A stretch of 64,000 nucleotides of DNA from a candidate division WOR-3 bacterium (GCA_965649165.1 CBFGJT010000004.1:15960-79959), one strand, 5' to 3'. Counted from the stretch's first letter, positions 9,673 to 18,533 are shown. Made by a program: numbers and translations. Notes: generated by a model from the letters alone, not told the origin.

Positions 9673-10943
9673 AAGTCAAACCCGAACGGGCAGCGGTCAT
9701 TGCGCTCGGCTGTCCGAAAAACCGGGTAGACTCCGAATACCTTCTCGGTGCACTGGTTAAAGCCGGATATGAGCTGACCGCAGAACCGGAAGCAGCGGAT
9801 ACTGTCATCCTGACCACTTGTGCCTTTATCAGACCGGCGGTCGAAGAATCATTTGCGCTAATCCAAAGACTCAGCCGGCTTAAATACCGGCGCCCAGGCA
9901 TGAAACTACTTGTTGCCGGCTGTCTGGTTCAACGGTTTGGCCGTACTCTTAAATGGAAATTCCCTGCGGTTGATTACTGGGTAAAAATCGACCAGCTGAC
10001 CTCCATCCCCAAACTGCTCGGCAGAAAACCCAGACCTGCCTGCCGGCTGATTTCCACCCCGTCCCATTATGCCTATCTTAAAATCGCCGACGGCTGCGAC
10101 AACCACTGCAGCTACTGTCTGATTCCGCAAATCCGTGGCCCGTTGCGTTCCCGCCCGCTGAAAGAAATTGTCCAGGAAGCAGAACGGCTGGCAGATCTGG
10201 GCGTCCGGGAACTGATTCTCATTGCCCAGGACACCACCGCCTATGGAACTGACCTCTATGCTAAACCGGCACTTGCCCAGCTCCTTGACCGGCTGAGCCA
10301 GATAAAAGAGATCACCTGGTTACGACTGATGTATGCCCATCCAGCACACCTGTCGGAAGATGTCATTGAGCAGTTCGGCACCAATCCGAAGGTCTGTCGC
10401 TATATTGACCTGCCGGTTCAGCATGCGAGCGACCGGATACTCCGGCTGATGAACCGCCACTATTCCCGGAATGATGTTATGGTGTTGCTGGAAAAGCTGA
10501 AGCAGATTCCGGAGATGAGAATCAGAACCACCATCATTACCGGCTTTCCGGGGGAAACCCAAAATGAATTTCAGGAACTGGTGAACTTCATCCGGTCTGC
10601 TGAATTTGACCGGCTGGCAGGTTATGTCTTCTCGCCTGAACCCGGCACGCCGGCAGCGTCCATGAAACCGCTGGTCCGCCCCGCAACCGCCCACCAACGG
10701 CTAAAAACCATCATGCGGATTCAGGCGGCAATCTCCCGGCGCAAACTGCGCCGGCTCGCGAATCGGGAGCTGACCATCATTGCCGATTTTCCCCGGCAGG
10801 GCAGAACCGAATGGGACGCACCGGAAATTGACGGTGTGGTCAAATTTTCCACTCCGCTTGTACCAGGCAGGTTCTACCGCTGTCTGGTGGAGAAAACGGG
10901 CACCCATGACCTTTATGCCCTTCAAACTGCTCCGAATCTCTAA
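9669..10943 (+). CDS. rimO: MiaB/RimO-family radical-SAM methylthiotransferase, most likely ribosomal protein S12 methylthiotransferase RimO
   Basis: N-terminal MTTase domain (…IALGCPKNRVDSE…TCAF…), radical-SAM motif CDNHCSYC, C-terminal TRAM region, about 424 aa. The TTG start overlaps the preceding TGA stop. Confidence 0.6.
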   Translation: MKVKPERAAVIALGCPKNRVDSEYLLGALVKAGYELTAEPEAADTVILTTCAFIRPAVEESFALIQRLSRLKYRRPGMKLLVAGCLVQRFGRTLKWKFPAVDYWVKIDQLTSIPKLLGRKPRPACRLISTPSHYAYLKIADGCDNHCSYCLIPQIRGPLRSRPLKEIVQEAERLADLGVRELILIAQDTTAYGTDLYAKPALAQLLDRLSQIKEITWLRLMYAHPAHLSEDVIEQFGTNPKVCRYIDLPVQHASDRILRLMNRHYSRNDVMVLLEKLKQIPEMRIRTTIITGFPGETQNEFQELVNFIRSAEFDRLAGYVFSPEPGTPAASMKPLVRPATAHQRLKTIMRIQAAISRRKLRRLANRELTIIADFPRQGRTEWDAPEIDGVVKFSTPLVPGRFYRCLVEKTGTHDLYALQTAPNL

Positions 10944-10992
10944 AGTAAAGTAAAAAATTGACTGGCAGTATCTCCTTTCTAAAATTGATATT

Positions 10993-11781
10993 ATGATGAA
11001 AGATACGCTTGGGATAGTTACCGTGCTGGCTGCCGGCGGTCTGCTTTTATCCTGCTCTGATGCGCCCCTGATTGAACGTGCGGCAAACCGGATTGTGCTC
11101 GTGGAACTGTTCTCTACTCCTATCGATGAATGAGCCTACTGTGCGTCCGCGGTGCGGGCGCTGGACAGCCTGAGGGGAAGCTATGGTGATTCAATGGCTT
11201 TTGTGATCTACTACGATTCGGAACTTCTGCCTGAACTTTCCTCACCGGCAGGCAAGGTGCGGGCTGATTGGTACGGCGCGGGTGGGGAACGACCACTGGC
11301 ATTCTTTGACGGCACCATCCGCTCACCTCAGATTACGCTGCCTGACTCCTTTTATCCGGTTTATCGGGACATGATTGACGCCGCCCGGGCCAGAAAAACG
11401 ATGATGGAAATGAAAATTGATAGCGCTGTCATCGACTCCTCCTGGCTCACCGTGCGAGTCGTGATTACTCCTACCGATTCTTCTGCCGACACGATTACCA
11501 CCCTGAGCCTGGTGGCAATCGTCTTTGAAGACAGCATACCCTATTATTCAGTCCTGAGAGGCGATACCTTCTATTCACCAATGACCGTGCGCACGGTCAT
11601 TGGTGACAGCTTCGGGATCCCGCTCCGTGTCCGGTTCGGACAGGATTTTGATACTGTTATCAGCACACCGGTTCCGGAATGGAACCCGAACCGCATCGGC
11701 ATAGCGGTAACGGTCCAGAATCTTGCCAGCCGGGCTGTGCTACAAACCGCTGCCAAATGGCGGATAAAACAGGAGGATTGA
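10993..11781 (+). CDS. Candidate selenoprotein: a secreted lipoprotein with a thioredoxin-like U-x-x-C motif, translated through the in-frame TGA at 11131-11133. The ORF track shows only the downstream part, 11152-11781.
   Basis: ATG at 10993 begins a lipoprotein signal peptide (MMKDTLGIVTVLAAGGLLLSC). It reads in frame through TGA into …RIVLVELFSTPIDE-U-AYCASAVRALDSL…. The 3' part has no RBS or signal peptide of its own. A paralog at 17496-18518 has the TGA at the same aligned position. Confidence 0.55.
11143..11161 (+). promoter_or_regulatory. GC-rich hairpin 9 nt downstream of the in-frame UGA; a candidate bacterial SECIS-like element
   Basis: GCGUCCG-CGGUG-CGGGCGC forms a 7 bp stem (one G·U pair) with a 5 nt apical loop containing GGU. 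Confidence 0.3.
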
Positions 11782-12314
11782 TGAAAAAAGTCCTTCCTTT
11801 TGCAGTTGTCTTTCTGTTCTTTACTGTCTTCGGTACCGAAAAAAAGTACGAACCGGCACCGGATTTTACCCTCAGAGATATCAACGGCAATGAAGTAACA
11901 CTCCACGAACTCCTGAAACACGGTCCGGTTTATCTCGAATGTTGGGATCTGTCCTGCGTCAACTGCATTGCCGAACTTGATGCCCTGCTGCCGGTATACG
12001 ATTCACTGAAAGACCGAGGACTGCAGATTGTCGCCCTCTCAGTGGATAAGCCGGCGGACGAGAACCGGGTCCGGGCATTTGTTCGCGCCAAGAAATGGCC
12101 CTATATCGTCCTGCTTGATCAGCAGCAGAGAGTAAAAAAGGCATACAACATTATCATCAAACCCACCGCCTATCTCATCAACATGAACGGCGAAATCGTC
12201 TACACCCATATCGGCTATAAGAAGGGCGACGAAAAACGGATTGCCCAGGAAATGGTAAAATGGCTGCCGCCCCAAGACTCGGTTCCGCCTGAGCAACCGC
12301 CTCAGGGAAAATAG
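11781..12314 (+). CDS. TlpA/ResA-like periplasmic thiol-disulfide oxidoreductase (thioredoxin fold)
   Basis: Signal peptide MKKVLPFAVVFLFFTVFG, then …PDFTLRDINGNEVTLHELLKHGPVYLECWDLSCVNCIAELDAL… with a C-x-x-C active site. AGGAGG lies 4 nt upstream, and the ATG overlaps the upstream TGA stop (TGATG). Confidence 0.7.
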   Translation: MKKVLPFAVVFLFFTVFGTEKKYEPAPDFTLRDINGNEVTLHELLKHGPVYLECWDLSCVNCIAELDALLPVYDSLKDRGLQIVALSVDKPADENRVRAFVRAKKWPYIVLLDQQQRVKKAYNIIIKPTAYLINMNGEIVYTHIGYKKGDEKRIAQEMVKWLPPQDSVPPEQPPQGK

Positions 12315-12324
12315 GCACGCAAAA

Positions 12325-13785
12325 GTGGGCATAGGCAGTTTCTTAGTTCTGAGCTCGGTCTTCGGTGCCAATCTGACAATCCAGGGGGTCAACCGGGCAG
12401 AATTCTGGGCTTACCAGCAGGACTGGGCAACCCATTATGAGGACAAGCTGGAGCTCAATGCCCATTACAGCGATTTCGATGCCGAACTGGGCGTGCTGTG
12501 GTTTGAACCGTCCAAACACGAACCCTCAGTGCGCAAACCGCTCCATCTGCTTGACTACTCAATCGGTTATAACCCGGAAGAACTTGAAGTCCGGCTCGGC
12601 AGATTCTACGTTACATTCGGCCAGGGGCTTACACTAAGCAGCGGTGCTGATGATGATTTCCGGCATTACAAGAGTCTACACGGTCTGTTCGGCAAACTTA
12701 AACTGCCACTGCGCAGTGAGCTAACGCTACTTGGTGGCAGGCTCCGGGATGTCTTTTTTCAGGAAAAAACCTACAAAATAATGAACGAACTGGACACTAC
12801 TGACCAGGTACTTGGTGCTGAGCTGACCATTCGACCGATCCAACTTTTCGGTCTGGGCACCCGTTATGTCCGCATTAACCGGGAGGTCGATCCGACCGCA
12901 CGGGCATTCACCGAACTCTTTGGTGGTGACTGCCGGCTGGATATCGGACCTGTCTCTGCTGGAGCGGAATTTGCCTGGCGGCTGGGGACAAAACCGGGAA
13001 TCGGCGGCCGGGAAACCGGCACGGGCTACATTCTGAATCTGGGCACCGCACTTGCCGGTTTTTCCATCCTCGCACAGTATGTAAACTACCTCCGGCTAGG
13101 TTTTCCTCCAGGCACTTATCACTACAACGACCCCCCCACTCCGATTAAATCCGGCGTCTCAATTAACCGGGGCGTGGATGAACAGGGGTTCGGAGTTCAG
13201 ATCTCAGGAACGATACCTAACGGGCTCTACCTTGAAGCTGATGTGGGTCGTCTTTTTGTCCATGATGACACCAGCGCCGGTGTGTTTGAGGGGGAATTTA
13301 AAACACGGCAATCACTGGGAACAAACTGGACATTTGAACTCAAATTCAACCATATGCTCCAGCGAAACATCGAACTGGGAACTTACGAACGGACTACCGA
13401 CCGTCCGACAATCCTTGTGAACTACCTCACCGGACCCCACACCTTTACTCTCGAGGTGGAACTGGGCTGGGTAACCGAACTGCCCACTGATACCACTCAT
13501 GGCAGCCGCTGGCAGTATCACGAACCCCTGGTTTCTGTCAGTTACGGGCTGGGAGAAAAATGGCTTTTTACCATCGGCTGGCAGGGCGTGGACAGAGATT
13601 CACTCAAGCGTTACGACAACCAGACCTCCTGGCCTGTGTTTGAAACTGTCTATAATCTTAATGAACGGAATGTTCTGCGGCTGCGTATCGGAGCAGAAAA
13701 AGGTGGTTATACCTGCTCAGGTGGTGTGTGCCGCTATGAGGCGCCGTTCCGGGGTATGAAACTGCAACTGATCAGCCGGATATGA
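12325..13785 (+). CDS. Hypothetical secreted beta-rich protein, possibly an outer-membrane beta-barrel
   Basis: 486 aa with alternating hydrophobic/polar segments and Gly/Tyr-rich turns. No recognisable catalytic motif. It follows the thioredoxin gene at a 10 nt gap. Confidence 0.35.
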   Translation: MGIGSFLVLSSVFGANLTIQGVNRAEFWAYQQDWATHYEDKLELNAHYSDFDAELGVLWFEPSKHEPSVRKPLHLLDYSIGYNPEELEVRLGRFYVTFGQGLTLSSGADDDFRHYKSLHGLFGKLKLPLRSELTLLGGRLRDVFFQEKTYKIMNELDTTDQVLGAELTIRPIQLFGLGTRYVRINREVDPTARAFTELFGGDCRLDIGPVSAGAEFAWRLGTKPGIGGRETGTGYILNLGTALAGFSILAQYVNYLRLGFPPGTYHYNDPPTPIKSGVSINRGVDEQGFGVQISGTIPNGLYLEADVGRLFVHDDTSAGVFEGEFKTRQSLGTNWTFELKFNHMLQRNIELGTYERTTDRPTILVNYLTGPHTFTLEVELGWVTELPTDTTHGSRWQYHEPLVSVSYGLGEKWLFTIGWQGVDRDSLKRYDNQTSWPVFETVYNLNERNVLRLRIGAEKGGYTCSGGVCRYEAPFRGMKLQLISRI

Positions 13786-13895
13786 GGCGGAAACTGGTCT
13801 TTGTTCTGCTGGCAATCTGCGGGGCCGCACTTGTAGTGCTGGGCATCGGAATGGGCATGCTCTCAATCATTCACGGCTTTGCTTCCCAGATATGA
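13782..13895 (+). CDS. Small hydrophobic membrane peptide (37 aa), translationally coupled by ATGA to the preceding gene
   Basis: MRRKLVFVLLAICGAALVVLGIGMGMLSIIHGFASQI has a single predicted TM helix. The start ATG overlaps the upstream TGA. Confidence 0.25.
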   Translation: MRRKLVFVLLAICGAALVVLGIGMGMLSIIHGFASQI

Positions 13896-13928
13896 CTTGG
13901 CTGTATGGGTCTCGGGTAGACCTCTAAA

Positions 13929-15209
13929 ATGGTGAAACGACGCATCGCCCCGCATCGCATCGGTCAGATAATCGGCACCGTGCTCCTGAACGGTTATATC
14001 CTTGCCTATCTTCAGAATAAAGTCCTTTATTCCGGAATACTCAAATCGGTACCTGAACCCGTGCTCAACTGTTACGGCGGCCCCCTTTCAGTATTTGCCT
14101 GCCCGCTTGGCTCTTTTCAACAAATCATCGGTATGAAAGGGGTTACCTGGTGGCAGAATATACCCTGGGTGATTCTGGGGCTGTTCATAATAATCGGCGC
14201 ATCTGTCGGTCGGGCGGCTTGCGGCTGGATATGCCCGTTCGGATTGTGGCAGGACCTGCTTTACAAGATTAAAATCGGACCGCGGGCAAAACTGAGCCGA
14301 TGGGTTACCTTCTTGACTATTGCCGGGATCGGCATACTGACTTTAACTCTGCTTGCCACCTTCATCAAAATCTCATTCTGGAAAGGACTGCTACTCGGGT
14401 GGCTGCCGTTTATGGCGTTGCTGCTCTACAGTACAATCAAGGGAAAACTCTCGCCTCCCCAGCGTTTCTCGGTTGCCAGCATGCTGCTGGGAATCCTTCT
14501 CGGTCTCTTAATCATATTCAAGCATGGAGTTAACACCGGCATCGCAACTGGCGTAGTCAACATGGCCGTCTTCAGCCTGCTCGGTGGGAAACGGTCACTG
14601 CTCATCGCCGCTCCAGCCGGTTTTATCATCAGCCTTACCGGTAAATCGGTAATACTCGGCCCTTTTGCCGGAGGGGAAATCGGCTTGCTTTTTATCCTGA
14701 TTGCGGTTTTAACCATTCTGCTCTTTGAAGAAAAATTTAAACTATTCCTCCCGGCAACTGCCCTCAAATATGCCTTTCTCGTCATCGTTGCCGGCATCGC
14801 CGCCTACTTCACTGCCGAACCTTGGTTCTGCAAACTGTGTCCTCAGGGCACCCTCGAAGCGGGTCTCCCGCTTGTGCTGTGGGACCCGGTCCAGGGTCTG
14901 CGGGCACTTGTCGGCTGGCTCTTTTATCTGAAAATTGCCATTCTTTTATTTGTCTTCTGGGCATCAATTACCGTCAAACGCCCCTTCTGCCGCATGGTCT
15001 GCCCGATCGGTGCGATTTATGCCCTGTTCAACAAAGCCAGTATGATGCGGATGGAGCTGAACGGACAAAATTGCAGTAAATGCGGAGCCTGCCGCCGGGT
15101 CTGTCCCATGGACATCGAGCCGTTCCAGGATCCGAATCAGGCAGAATGCATCCGGTGTTTTGAGTGTGTCTGGATCTGTTCGCGAAAATCGTTGAAAATT
15201 ACTTTCTGA
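13929..15209 (+). CDS. Polytopic membrane protein with 4Fe-4S ferredoxin-type clusters, of the NapH/MauN/CcoG-like polyferredoxin family
   Basis: Repeated cysteine motifs CGWICPFG, CKLCPQG, CRMVCPIG, CSKCGACRRVCP and CIRCFECVWIC are interspersed with TM helices. Confidence 0.6.
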   Translation: MVKRRIAPHRIGQIIGTVLLNGYILAYLQNKVLYSGILKSVPEPVLNCYGGPLSVFACPLGSFQQIIGMKGVTWWQNIPWVILGLFIIIGASVGRAACGWICPFGLWQDLLYKIKIGPRAKLSRWVTFLTIAGIGILTLTLLATFIKISFWKGLLLGWLPFMALLLYSTIKGKLSPPQRFSVASMLLGILLGLLIIFKHGVNTGIATGVVNMAVFSLLGGKRSLLIAAPAGFIISLTGKSVILGPFAGGEIGLLFILIAVLTILLFEEKFKLFLPATALKYAFLVIVAGIAAYFTAEPWFCKLCPQGTLEAGLPLVLWDPVQGLRALVGWLFYLKIAILLFVFWASITVKRPFCRMVCPIGAIYALFNKASMMRMELNGQNCSKCGACRRVCPMDIEPFQDPNQAECIRCFECVWICSRKSLKITF

Positions 15210-15210
15210 A

Positions 15211-16089
15211 GTGCGCAAACCCGAATGGCTCAGATTCCGGCTGCCCGCCGGCCCGGAATTTATCCGGGTAAATGAAGTCCTTAGGAAATATAACTTGAAT
15301 ACTGTCTGCAGTTCTGCCCGCTGTCCAAATCTGGCTGAATGCTGGAACCGGGGGACAGCAACAGTTTTGCTTCTCGGCAACACCTGCACCCGGCATTGTC
15401 GTTTCTGCGCCGTTACCACCAGTAACCCTCATGGTCAGGTAGATAATTCTGAACCCGAACGGGTGAAAGGCGCAGTCCTGGAGCTGGGCCTTAAATATGT
15501 CGTCCTGACTTCGGTCGATCGTGATGACCTGCCTGACCTTGGTGCCGGTATCTTTACCCGCACCGTGCAGCTGCTGAAAAAGTCAAACCCGGGAATCGCG
15601 GTTGAGGTGCTGGTTCCTGATTTCCAGGGGAAAAAGGAGTTGATTCAGCAGGTGCTTGCTGCCGGTCCGGATGTGTTTGCCCACAACCTTGAGACCGTGG
15701 AGCGGTTGACCCCTGCTGTCCGCGACCCGCGGGCAGATTACCGCCAGTCGCTTTCGGTCCTCCAGTTGGCAAAAAGGCTGACACCGACAATCAAAACCAA
15801 AAGCGGTCTAATGGTCGGACTGGGCGAAACCGAAGAGGAAGTCATCCAGACGCTCGCTGACCTAAAATCAGCAGGATGTGATATTGTGACCATTGGCCAG
15901 TATCTCCAGCCGGACCGACGCTGCCTGCCAGTTGCTCGTTACTACACCCGAGAGGAGCTTCAGAAACTGTCAGCGTATGCCCGCACCATCGGCATCCCGC
16001 AAACCATTGCTGCCCCGCTGGTCCGAAGCTCCTATCTGGCTGAGGAACTACTCAGGACAGATATCAACCCTACCCCTACACAGATTTGA
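15211..16089 (+). CDS. lipA: Lipoyl synthase LipA
   Basis: MRKPEWLR…, N-terminal auxiliary-cluster cysteines (C…CPN…C) and radical-SAM motif CTRHCRFC, then …LTSVDRDDLPD… and …DIVTIGQYLQP…, typical of LipA. Confidence 0.85.
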   Translation: MRKPEWLRFRLPAGPEFIRVNEVLRKYNLNTVCSSARCPNLAECWNRGTATVLLLGNTCTRHCRFCAVTTSNPHGQVDNSEPERVKGAVLELGLKYVVLTSVDRDDLPDLGAGIFTRTVQLLKKSNPGIAVEVLVPDFQGKKELIQQVLAAGPDVFAHNLETVERLTPAVRDPRADYRQSLSVLQLAKRLTPTIKTKSGLMVGLGETEEEVIQTLADLKSAGCDIVTIGQYLQPDRRCLPVARYYTREELQKLSAYARTIGIPQTIAAPLVRSSYLAEELLRTDINPTPTQI

Positions 16090-17453
16090 ACCGTCTCTCC
16101 ACCTGCGAAATCGAAAAAGGGTTGAAAATTTCGATCATTGAAGGCACCTTTGCCACTCTCTATACAACCCTTGCCGGCGGTATGTTTCTTGCCGGACTAG
16201 CTCTGCACCTCGGGGCAAATTCATTTCAGATTGCACTTCTATCTGCCATCCCGGCGCTGGTCAGTGGTTTCAGTTTTCTTGCCGGCTACCTGGTGCGCTG
16301 GGTCGGTGCTCGAAAACCGCTGGTTCTCTGGACCGCAGGTGTCGGCCGATCAGTCTATGTACTGATTGTCCTCGCTTTGCTACTCCGCTTCCGGCTGCGG
16401 ATTGAACTTTTCCTGCTGATTGTCGGCATCTCCGCCGTGCTGTTGGCAATCGCCGGCACGGTCTGGACATCCTGGATCAGTGACCTCGTGCCTGAGGAAC
16501 ACCGCGGTCGTTTCTTTGGTGTCCGGAATGCAATTCTCAATTTCAGCGGTGTGCTGGTTGCATTTGGTGCGGGCCGGAGTATGGACTATCTTAAAGCCCG
16601 GGGGCACGAAACCACCGGCTACCTGCTGGCATTTACACTCGCAGTGCTGTTCGGCATGGTCTCAACGCTGCTCCTGCGCCGGCAGCCCGAACCCGAACCG
16701 AGACTCCTGCCAGGACCCTCGTTCCGGGAAATTTTTTTTGGCCCACTCCAGGAACCGCAGTTCCGGCGGCTGACAATCTTCCTCGCAATCTGGTTCCTCA
16801 CCGGCACGCTCGCATCACCCTTTTACCTCGTCCATCTCTTGAAAAATCTCCGTTTCAGCTTTACCGAAGTGGCAATTTATTCCATGATTGGTGGAGTAAT
16901 CGGCGTCCTGTTCCAACTGTTCTGGGGCCGAGCGATCGATCGATTCGGCTCCCGACCGGTTACTGTGCTCAACTTTGCCCTCGTGGGAATAATGCCTTTT
17001 CTCTGGCTCTTCGCCACCCCCCGCTTCCGCCTGCCAATCTGGATTGATGGCGTCCTCAATGGTGCGGTCTGGACCGGCGCCAGCCTCGGCCTCTGGAACC
17101 TGCTGCTTGACCTTGCCGATAATCCTGCCCGCAAAGAGAGCTACTTTGCAATCTACAGTGTCGTCACCGGTCTCGGTGCCTTTATTGCCTCCATTATTGC
17201 CGGCACCATCGCCCAGCTGATCTCCAGCTTCCATTTGAAAATCCTGGGCATCGATTTTTATAATTACGACGTTATGTTCCTTGCTGCCGGCGTCGCCCGG
17301 TTTACCTGTCTGCCGCTACTGCTGAAGGTCCGGGAGCCGGGCAGTAAGCCGGTGCGGCACACAATTCAAGAACTAACCAATCTGGCACTGTGGCGCCTGA
17401 ATGCCGGTAAGGATGTCCTGCTGCAGGCACTGGGAATCAAAAATCAGGATTGA
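16086..17453 (+). CDS. MFS-family transporter
   Basis: 455 aa with 12 predicted TM helices. The start overlaps the lipA stop. Confidence 0.6.
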   Translation: MNRLSTCEIEKGLKISIIEGTFATLYTTLAGGMFLAGLALHLGANSFQIALLSAIPALVSGFSFLAGYLVRWVGARKPLVLWTAGVGRSVYVLIVLALLLRFRLRIELFLLIVGISAVLLAIAGTVWTSWISDLVPEEHRGRFFGVRNAILNFSGVLVAFGAGRSMDYLKARGHETTGYLLAFTLAVLFGMVSTLLLRRQPEPEPRLLPGPSFREIFFGPLQEPQFRRLTIFLAIWFLTGTLASPFYLVHLLKNLRFSFTEVAIYSMIGGVIGVLFQLFWGRAIDRFGSRPVTVLNFALVGIMPFLWLFATPRFRLPIWIDGVLNGAVWTGASLGLWNLLLDLADNPARKESYFAIYSVVTGLGAFIASIIAGTIAQLISSFHLKILGIDFYNYDVMFLAAGVARFTCLPLLLKVREPGSKPVRHTIQELTNLALWRLNAGKDVLLQALGIKNQD

Positions 17454-17495
17454 CATCTTAAGGGTAATAGTTATAATTGAATAAAGGAGGCAAAC

Positions 17496-18518
17496 GTGCT
17501 GAAGCAACTGTTCGTCCTTTCCCTGGTGCTCACCGCTACTCTGGCAGTGGGTTACCAGCGAATCGTCGTCCTGGAGGAAGCCTATTCTGAAGGCTGAGCC
17601 AGCTGCGCACCTGCCAGTCGGGCAGTTGATCAGATCACCTACGATTATGCCGGTTATGTTGTTGCCGTCGAGTGGCATGTATCATCCTCATATCCCCTGT
17701 ACTCTGCCGAAGGCCGCGGTAAATGGTTCATGTATCCCGGGCCCTACAATGGATCCTATGCAACCCCCTGGCTCTGGGTTGACGGCCGGCAGCGCGGTTA
17801 CAACTACAACCTCTGGGCAAGCTATGTTGCGGCCCAGATCGGCATTCCGACTCCGGTTCAGATCACCCTGACCGGCAATTACAACCAGACCACCCGCGAG
17901 GGCACAATCAAAGCGCTTATTCAGAATGATTCGACCGACGAGCTGACAATGCGTGTTTCGGTTGTAGTAACTGAAGACTCAATTTACTACTCCGCACCCA
18001 ATGGTGACCAGTGGCATAATCATGTCTGCCGTGATTACATTCCTAATCAGTACGGCACGGTAATTACCGTTCCTGCCGGTAGTATTGATTCGGTAATTCA
18101 ACCCTTTACGATCGCCAGCACCTGGAATGAACAACGCTGTAAAATTGTGGTTTATGCCCAGAGTACAACAATGGTACCATCCGACTCATCCTATCCTGCC
18201 TACCAAGGAGCAGAAATTGCAATCCTTGACCTCGTCGGCGTCCGTGAAGGTGTACCGGCTGAAGGCATGGCAGCACATGCACTGCCTCTTGTCAATCCGA
18301 CTTCAGCCCGGCCCGTTTTTGCCGTGACCGCCAACACCGGAGCGCAGTATCAGCTTTACATCTACACGTTTGACGGCCGCATATCCCATGCTCAAAATGG
18401 CACAATATCAGGTGACTGCAGAATTGCTGTCAACAGCCGACTTTCCCGCGGCATCTACCTCTATCGGCTTAAGATTAATGGGACTGAGTTCAAAGGCAAA
18501 CTGATCGTCACCGATTAA
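17496..18518 (+). CDS. Candidate selenoprotein paralog: a secreted U-x-x-C protein with a T9SS C-terminal sorting domain, translated through the in-frame TGA at 17595-17597. The ORF track lists only 17730-18518.
   Basis: GTG start 5 nt after AAAGGAGG gives the signal peptide VLKQLFVLSLVLTATLAVG, in frame with …RIVVLEEAYSEG-U-ASCAPASRAVDQI…. This is homologous before and after the TGA to the 10993-11781 gene (also …SVVVTEDSIYYS… vs …VAIVFEDSIPYYS…, WNEQR vs WNPNR). The C-terminus …YLYRLKINGTEFKGKLIVTD is a Por/T9SS sorting domain. Confidence 0.55.
17611..17625 (+). promoter_or_regulatory. Hairpin 13 nt downstream of the in-frame UGA; a candidate SECIS-like element
   Basis: CUGCC-AGUCG-GGCAG forms a 5 bp GC-rich stem with a 5 nt loop containing GU. 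Confidence 0.25.
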
Positions 18519-18533
18519 TAATCAGAAAAACGG

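Noticed and set aside
11131-11133. Alternative explanations for the in-frame TGAs at 11131 and 17595: UGA reassigned to Gly/Trp, or two independent nonsense mutations
   Set aside because: TGA is used as a genuine terminator by other genes in the window (for example the PaaI and pstC genes), which argues against code reassignment. Two paralogs carrying a nonsense mutation at exactly the homologous codon, with conservation on both sides, is very unlikely for pseudogenes. The Sec hypothesis is therefore retained but remains unproven.
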